Shown: positions 36,233-40,480 of the stretch, piece by piece
Layout: every line of letters starts with the position of its first letter
How positions within the stretch are numbered: position 1 is the first letter of the stretch
IMG/VR virus record: IMGVR_UViG_2718218098_000005
Coordinates: 1-40,480 of that record
Reading direction: 5' to 3' (one strand)
Length of the DNA: 40,480 nucleotides
From: a virus
Taxonomy: Duplodnaviria; Heunggongvirae; Uroviricota; Caudoviricetes
Position numbers and translations under genes: made by a program
The notes under the pieces: model-generated
What the model was told of the DNA's origin: nothing
The model's input: the letters and a program-made list of their open reading frames with translations, nothing else
The model's database searches: none

Positions 36233-36421
36233 ATGGAAACGTTATTACCAAACGTTAATACGTCTGAAGGTTGTTTTGAAATTGGTGTCACTATCAGTAA
36301 CCCTGTATTTACTGAAGATGCCATTAACAAGAGAAAACAAGAACGGGAGCTATTAAATAAAATATGCATTGTTTCAATGCTGGCTCGTTTACGTCTGATG
36401 CCAAAAGGATGTGCACAATGA
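36233..36421 (+). CDS. dicB: DicB cell-division inhibitor (62 aa)
   Basis: METLLPNVNTSEGCFEIGVTISNPVFTEDAINKRKQERELLNKICIVSMLARLRLMPKGCAQ matches DicB by recollection; ORF-track N-terminal extension rejected. Confidence 0.9.
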   Translation: METLLPNVNTSEGCFEIGVTISNPVFTEDAINKRKQERELLNKICIVSMLARLRLMPKGCAQ

Positions 36422-36609
36422 ATTCAGCATTTGCGCTTGTTCTGACAGTTTTTCTTGTTTCCGGAGAACCAGTTGATATTGCAGTCAGTGTTCACAGGAC
36501 AATGCAGGAGTGTATGACTGCAGCAACCGAACAGAAAATTCCCGGTAACTGTTACCCGGTCGATAAAGTTATTAACCAGGATAATATCGAAATCCCGGCA
36601 GGTCTTTAA
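36418..36609 (+). CDS. ydfD: YdfD-like lysis protein (63 aa)
   Basis: MNSAFALVLTVFLVSGEP.. TM N-terminus; ATGA overlap with dicB stop; synteny with Qin. Confidence 0.75.
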   Translation: MNSAFALVLTVFLVSGEPVDIAVSVHRTMQECMTAATEQKIPGNCYPVDKVINQDNIEIPAGL

Positions 36610-36702
36610 AACAGTTCCGTAATAAATATCCGGTTTCATTCTTATATGCCAGCAATGGCAGGGATTTGTTCATCCTTAAATCTGTCATGAGGTTAAAACA
36701 AA

Positions 36703-39174
36703 ATGAGTAAAGTCTTTATTTGCGCCGCTATTCCTGACGAACTGGCAACAAGGGAAGAAGGCGCTGTGGCTGTAGCCACAGCCATTGAAGCTGGCGACGA
36801 ACGCCGTGCTCGAGCAAAATTTCACTGGCAGTTCCTGGAACATTATCCGGCTGCTCAGGACTGCGCTTATAAATTTATTGTCTGCGAGGATAAACCCGGT
36901 ATACCCCGCCCTGCCCTCGATTCCTGGGATACTGAATATATGCAGGAAAACCGCTGGGATGAGGCGTCTGCTTCCTTTGTCCCGGTCGAGACTGAATCCG
37001 ATCCGATGAACGTCACTTTTGACAAGCTGGCCCCTGAAGTACAGAACGCTGTCATGGTTAAGTTCGACACATGTGAAAACATCACTGTTGATATGGTGAT
37101 TAGCGCACAGGAATTGTTGCAGGAAGACATGGCAACATTCGACGGCCATATCGTTGAAGCGTTGATGAAAATGCCAGAAGTTAACGCCATGTATCCGGAG
37201 CTTAAGCTGCATGCCATCGGGTGGGTTAAGCATAAATGTAAGCCTGGTGCCAAATGGCCCGAAATTCAGGCAGAGATGCGCATCTGGAAAAAACGTCGCG
37301 AAGGTGAACGCAAGGAAACCGGAAAATACACGTCTGTTGTTGATCTCGCCCGCGCCAGAGCCAATCAACAGCACACTGAAAATTCAACAGGAAAAATCAC
37401 CCCGGTCATTGCTGCCATTCATCGCGAATACAAGCAGACATGGAAAACACTGGATGACGAACTGGCCTACGCTCTCTGGCCTGGTGATGTGGATGCCGGA
37501 AACATTGACGGCAGCATCCATCGCTGGGCAAAAAATGAAGTTATCGACAACGACCGCGAAGACTGGAAGCGTATCTCGGCATCAATGCGCAAACAGCCTG
37601 ATGCCATTCGCTACGACCGCCAGACTATTTTTGGCCTTGTTCGTGAACGTCCGATCGACATTCACAAAGACCCTGTGGCACTGAACAAATACATTACTGA
37701 ATACCTGACTACAAAGGGCGTGTTTGAAGATGAAGGAAGAAATCAGAGCGCGACTGATACTCTCTCGTCGCCAGTACCAGAAACTGATGCAGTGGAAACG
37801 GCAATTCCGGACAACGAAAAAACCGAATGCAAAGTGGAAGTCGAACCATCTGTAGAGCGTGAGGGGCCGTTCTACTTCCTCTTCACCGACAAGGATGGCG
37901 AAAAATACGGTCGCGCAAACAAACTTTCTGGTCTGGATAAGGCACTGGCTGCCGGGGCTACTGAAATCACGAAAGAAGAATATTTCGCCCGCAAAAACGG
38001 TACATACTCAGGTTCACAACAAAATACTGGTGCATCTGACACGACCGCACAACCAGGGCCGGTAAAAGTTACCGCTGACGAAGTAAACAAAATTATGCAG
38101 GCAGCCAATATCAGCCAGCCTGACGCCGATGAACTGCTTGCAGTATCACGTGGTGAATTTGTTGCAGGGATTAGCGATCCGAATGATCCGAAATGGGTAA
38201 AGGGGATTGAAACCCGCGATTCTGTGAATCAGAACCAGCAAAAAACGGAACAGAACGACCAGAAAGCGGAACAAAACAGCCCAAATGCGTTACAAAACGA
38301 GCCAGAAACGAAACAACCTGAGCCAGTAGCGCAACAGGAACCGGAAAAAGTCTGCACCGCCTGCGGTCAGAGCGGTGGCGGCAACTGCCCTGATTGTGGT
38401 GCGGTGATGGGCGACGCAACATACCAGGAAACATTCGATGAAGAGAATCAGGTTGAAGTTCAGAAAAATGATCCGGAGGAAATGGAAGACGCTGAACATC
38501 CACACAAGGAGAATGCTGGCAGCGCTCAGGACCACGCCAGCGATAATGAAACTGGCGAGACGGCAGATCCCTTAATTGCGGTGAACGGTCATCACGTTAT
38601 CACATCCACCAGCAGAGTGTGGTACCACCTGATGATCGACCTTGAAACCATGGGGAAAAATCCCGATGCTCCGATTATCTCAATAGGTGCAATATTTTTC
38701 GATCCACAAACCGGAGATATGGGGCCGGAATTTAGTAAGACTATCGATCTGGAAACTGCTGGCGGAGTCATTGATCGTGACACCATTAAATGGTGGCTTA
38801 AGCAATCACGCGAGGCGCAATCTGCCATTATGACCGATGAAATCCCGCTAGATGATGCACTGTTACAATTGCGGGAATTTATCGCCGAAAACTCCGGTGA
38901 ATTTTTTGTTCAGGTCTGGGGAAATGGAGCCAACTTCGACAACACGATTTTGCGCCGTTCGTATGAACGGCAGGGGATCCCCTGCCCGTGGCGTTACTAC
39001 AACGATCGCGATGTACGCACAATCGTTGAGCTGGGGAAAGCCATAGACTTCGATGCCAGAACGGCTATTCCATTCGAAGGTGAGCGCCATAATGCACTTG
39101 ATGACGCCCGTTACCAGGCAAAATACGTTTCAGCAATCTGGCAAAAACTGATCCCGAATCCGGTTGATTTTTAA
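36703..39174 (+). CDS. Large exonuclease-family protein (823 aa): long N-terminal region, Q/E-rich linker, C4 zinc ribbon, C-terminal DEDDh 3'-5' exonuclease domain
   Basis: Exo motifs MIDLET (Exo I), NGANFDNTIL (Exo II), HNALDDARY (Exo III); CTACGQSGGGNCPDCG zinc ribbon; low-complexity NQNQQKTEQNDQKAEQN linker. Confidence 0.75.
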   Translation: MSKVFICAAIPDELATREEGAVAVATAIEAGDERRARAKFHWQFLEHYPAAQDCAYKFIVCEDKPGIPRPALDSWDTEYMQENRWDEASASFVPVETESDPMNVTFDKLAPEVQNAVMVKFDTCENITVDMVISAQELLQEDMATFDGHIVEALMKMPEVNAMYPELKLHAIGWVKHKCKPGAKWPEIQAEMRIWKKRREGERKETGKYTSVVDLARARANQQHTENSTGKITPVIAAIHREYKQTWKTLDDELAYALWPGDVDAGNIDGSIHRWAKNEVIDNDREDWKRISASMRKQPDAIRYDRQTIFGLVRERPIDIHKDPVALNKYITEYLTTKGVFEDEGRNQSATDTLSSPVPETDAVETAIPDNEKTECKVEVEPSVEREGPFYFLFTDKDGEKYGRANKLSGLDKALAAGATEITKEEYFARKNGTYSGSQQNTGASDTTAQPGPVKVTADEVNKIMQAANISQPDADELLAVSRGEFVAGISDPNDPKWVKGIETRDSVNQNQQKTEQNDQKAEQNSPNALQNEPETKQPEPVAQQEPEKVCTACGQSGGGNCPDCGAVMGDATYQETFDEENQVEVQKNDPEEMEDAEHPHKENAGSAQDHASDNETGETADPLIAVNGHHVITSTSRVWYHLMIDLETMGKNPDAPIISIGAIFFDPQTGDMGPEFSKTIDLETAGGVIDRDTIKWWLKQSREAQSAIMTDEIPLDDALLQLREFIAENSGEFFVQVWGNGANFDNTILRRSYERQGIPCPWRYYNDRDVRTIVELGKAIDFDARTAIPFEGERHNALDDARYQAKYVSAIWQKLIPNPVDF

Positions 39175-39240
39175 TGTTCAACCCTGATCGCCGTCCCCGA
39201 ATTATATTGGCGGCGGTCATGCTGTAAGGCACGTGACCAC

Positions 39241-39492
39241 ATGTACGAATTAACTCTATCGCCAGCAGAGATTCAAGAGATCACAAGATACGAGCGATAC
39301 ACAAGACAGCAACACCAGCTAAGGCTGCACGGCATCCCGTTTGTAATCGGACCTAAAAACGAACCAATAGTTCTTCGCCGGGATGTTCCGCACGGGCTGA
39401 CAGCAATGTCGAAAGTATCTGAACTGGTTTCTGCTGAACCCGATTTTGAGGCGCTGAACAATGGGAAGACCAAGAAAAAACAAAAAAGATAA
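39241..39492 (+). CDS. xis: Putative excisionase-like protein (83 aa)
   Basis: Small basic ORF immediately upstream of and overlapping int; assignment by position. Confidence 0.45.
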   Translation: MYELTLSPAEIQEITRYERYTRQQHQLRLHGIPFVIGPKNEPIVLRRDVPHGLTAMSKVSELVSAEPDFEALNNGKTKKKQKR

Positions 39493-40480
39493 TGCACTAC
39501 CACCGCGTGTTAGATCGAATGGTTACAGTTACGTATGGAAACCCGAAGGAAGCACAAGAACTATAGGGCTCGGAAGAGTGCGGGAAACCAGCGTAGCTAA
39601 AGTCTGGCAAAATTATGAGCTGGAAAAAGCAAAACTCCACGACATAATGACCGTCGCTAAATTATGGCACATGTTTATGGACTCCCCTGCATTTACAGAA
39701 CTGGCCCCCCGAACCCAAAAAGATTATCGGCAACATCAAAGGGCATTGTTGGCAGTATTCGGAAAAGTGCTTGCTGATAATGTAAAAATTGAACAGGTAA
39801 GAATTTTCATGGATAAGCGGGGACTTGAGAGCAAGACCCAGGCAAATCATGAACTGGCAAGTCTGAGCCGTGTATACGGATGGGGGTATGAGCGTGGGTA
39901 TGTGAAAAATAATCCATGCAGAGGAGTCAGAAAATTCACACTTAAAGCTCGTACTGTTTACATCACCGATGAACAGTATGCTGCAATATATGCGGAGGCA
40001 ATTCCACAGTTACGTATTGCAATGGAGATATCCTATCTTTGTGCGGCAAGGCTCGGTGATGTACTCGAGCTGAAATGGCAGGATATTATGGATAAAGGGA
40101 TTTACATTGAGCAAAACAAGACCGGCACTAAACAAATCAAGGAATGGTCTCCGCGATTACGTACGGCGATCCAGTTAGCCCGAAATGTATCTTCCGGCAC
40201 ATGCGAATATGTGATCAACACAACCAAAGGCGGGAAGGTTATAGCCAAGACGCTGAACAACTGGTGGAATCAGGCTAAACGTGCAGCCGAGCAAAAAGCC
40301 GGCGTTCCGTTTGGGTGCAACTTCCATGACATAAAAGCCAAAGGGATTTCAGATTACGAAGGTAGCAGCCGTGACAAACAAATTTTCAGTGGACACAAAA
40401 CAGAAAATCAGGTGTTGATTTACGATCGTAAAACCAAAATCACCCCAACACTGGATTTGCCGCTTGTGGTCAGTAAGTAG
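39461..40480 (+). CDS. int: Tyrosine integrase (lambda Int family), 339 aa
   Basis: N-terminus MGRPRKNKKDNALPPRVRSNGYSY parallels lambda Int arm-binding domain; C-terminal catalytic-domain-length body; stop at window end. Confidence 0.9.
   Translation: MGRPRKNKKDNALPPRVRSNGYSYVWKPEGSTRTIGLGRVRETSVAKVWQNYELEKAKLHDIMTVAKLWHMFMDSPAFTELAPRTQKDYRQHQRALLAVFGKVLADNVKIEQVRIFMDKRGLESKTQANHELASLSRVYGWGYERGYVKNNPCRGVRKFTLKARTVYITDEQYAAIYAEAIPQLRIAMEISYLCAARLGDVLELKWQDIMDKGIYIEQNKTGTKQIKEWSPRLRTAIQLARNVSSGTCEYVINTTKGGKVIAKTLNNWWNQAKRAAEQKAGVPFGCNFHDIKAKGISDYEGSSRDKQIFSGHKTENQVLIYDRKTKITPTLDLPLVVSK

Noticed and set aside
36685-37374. 229-aa minus-strand ORF
   Set aside because: Antisense within the exonuclease gene; no RBS and no motif

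Overview
The whole 40.5-kb window is one near-complete lambdoid prophage of the E. coli Qin/HK97 mosaic type; both window edges fall inside it, so att sites are not visible. Reading right to left on the minus strand (late/rightward transcription): dicC (Cro-like) -> YdaT-like -> O-like/P-like replication genes -> a nin-like cluster of small genes with two paralog pairs -> hok toxin, rem, ydfU (DUF968), rusA, Q-like antiterminator -> late promoter/terminators -> four-tRNA island -> ~650 bp ORF-free structured region -> lysis cassette (two membrane proteins, M15 endolysin, lipoprotein; no Rz-like spanin found) -> three unknown genes -> HNH endonuclease -> candidate cos -> terS/terL -> HK97-type head module -> lambda-like tail (V, G/GT with -1 frameshift, H, M, L, K, I, J) -> lom -> collagen-repeat tail fiber, tfa, DUF1353-like gene. 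On the plus strand: dicA repressor operon with DicF sRNA, dicB, ydfD, a large DEDDh exonuclease, xis-like gene and integrase. No CRISPR array, IS element or rRNA was seen. All calls rest on reading the sequence plus protein-family recollection; no database search was run. I could not single out one clearly novel system; the strongest candidates are the two-gene island upstream of dicF, the tRNA island with its ORF-free flank, and the mirrored paralog cluster.
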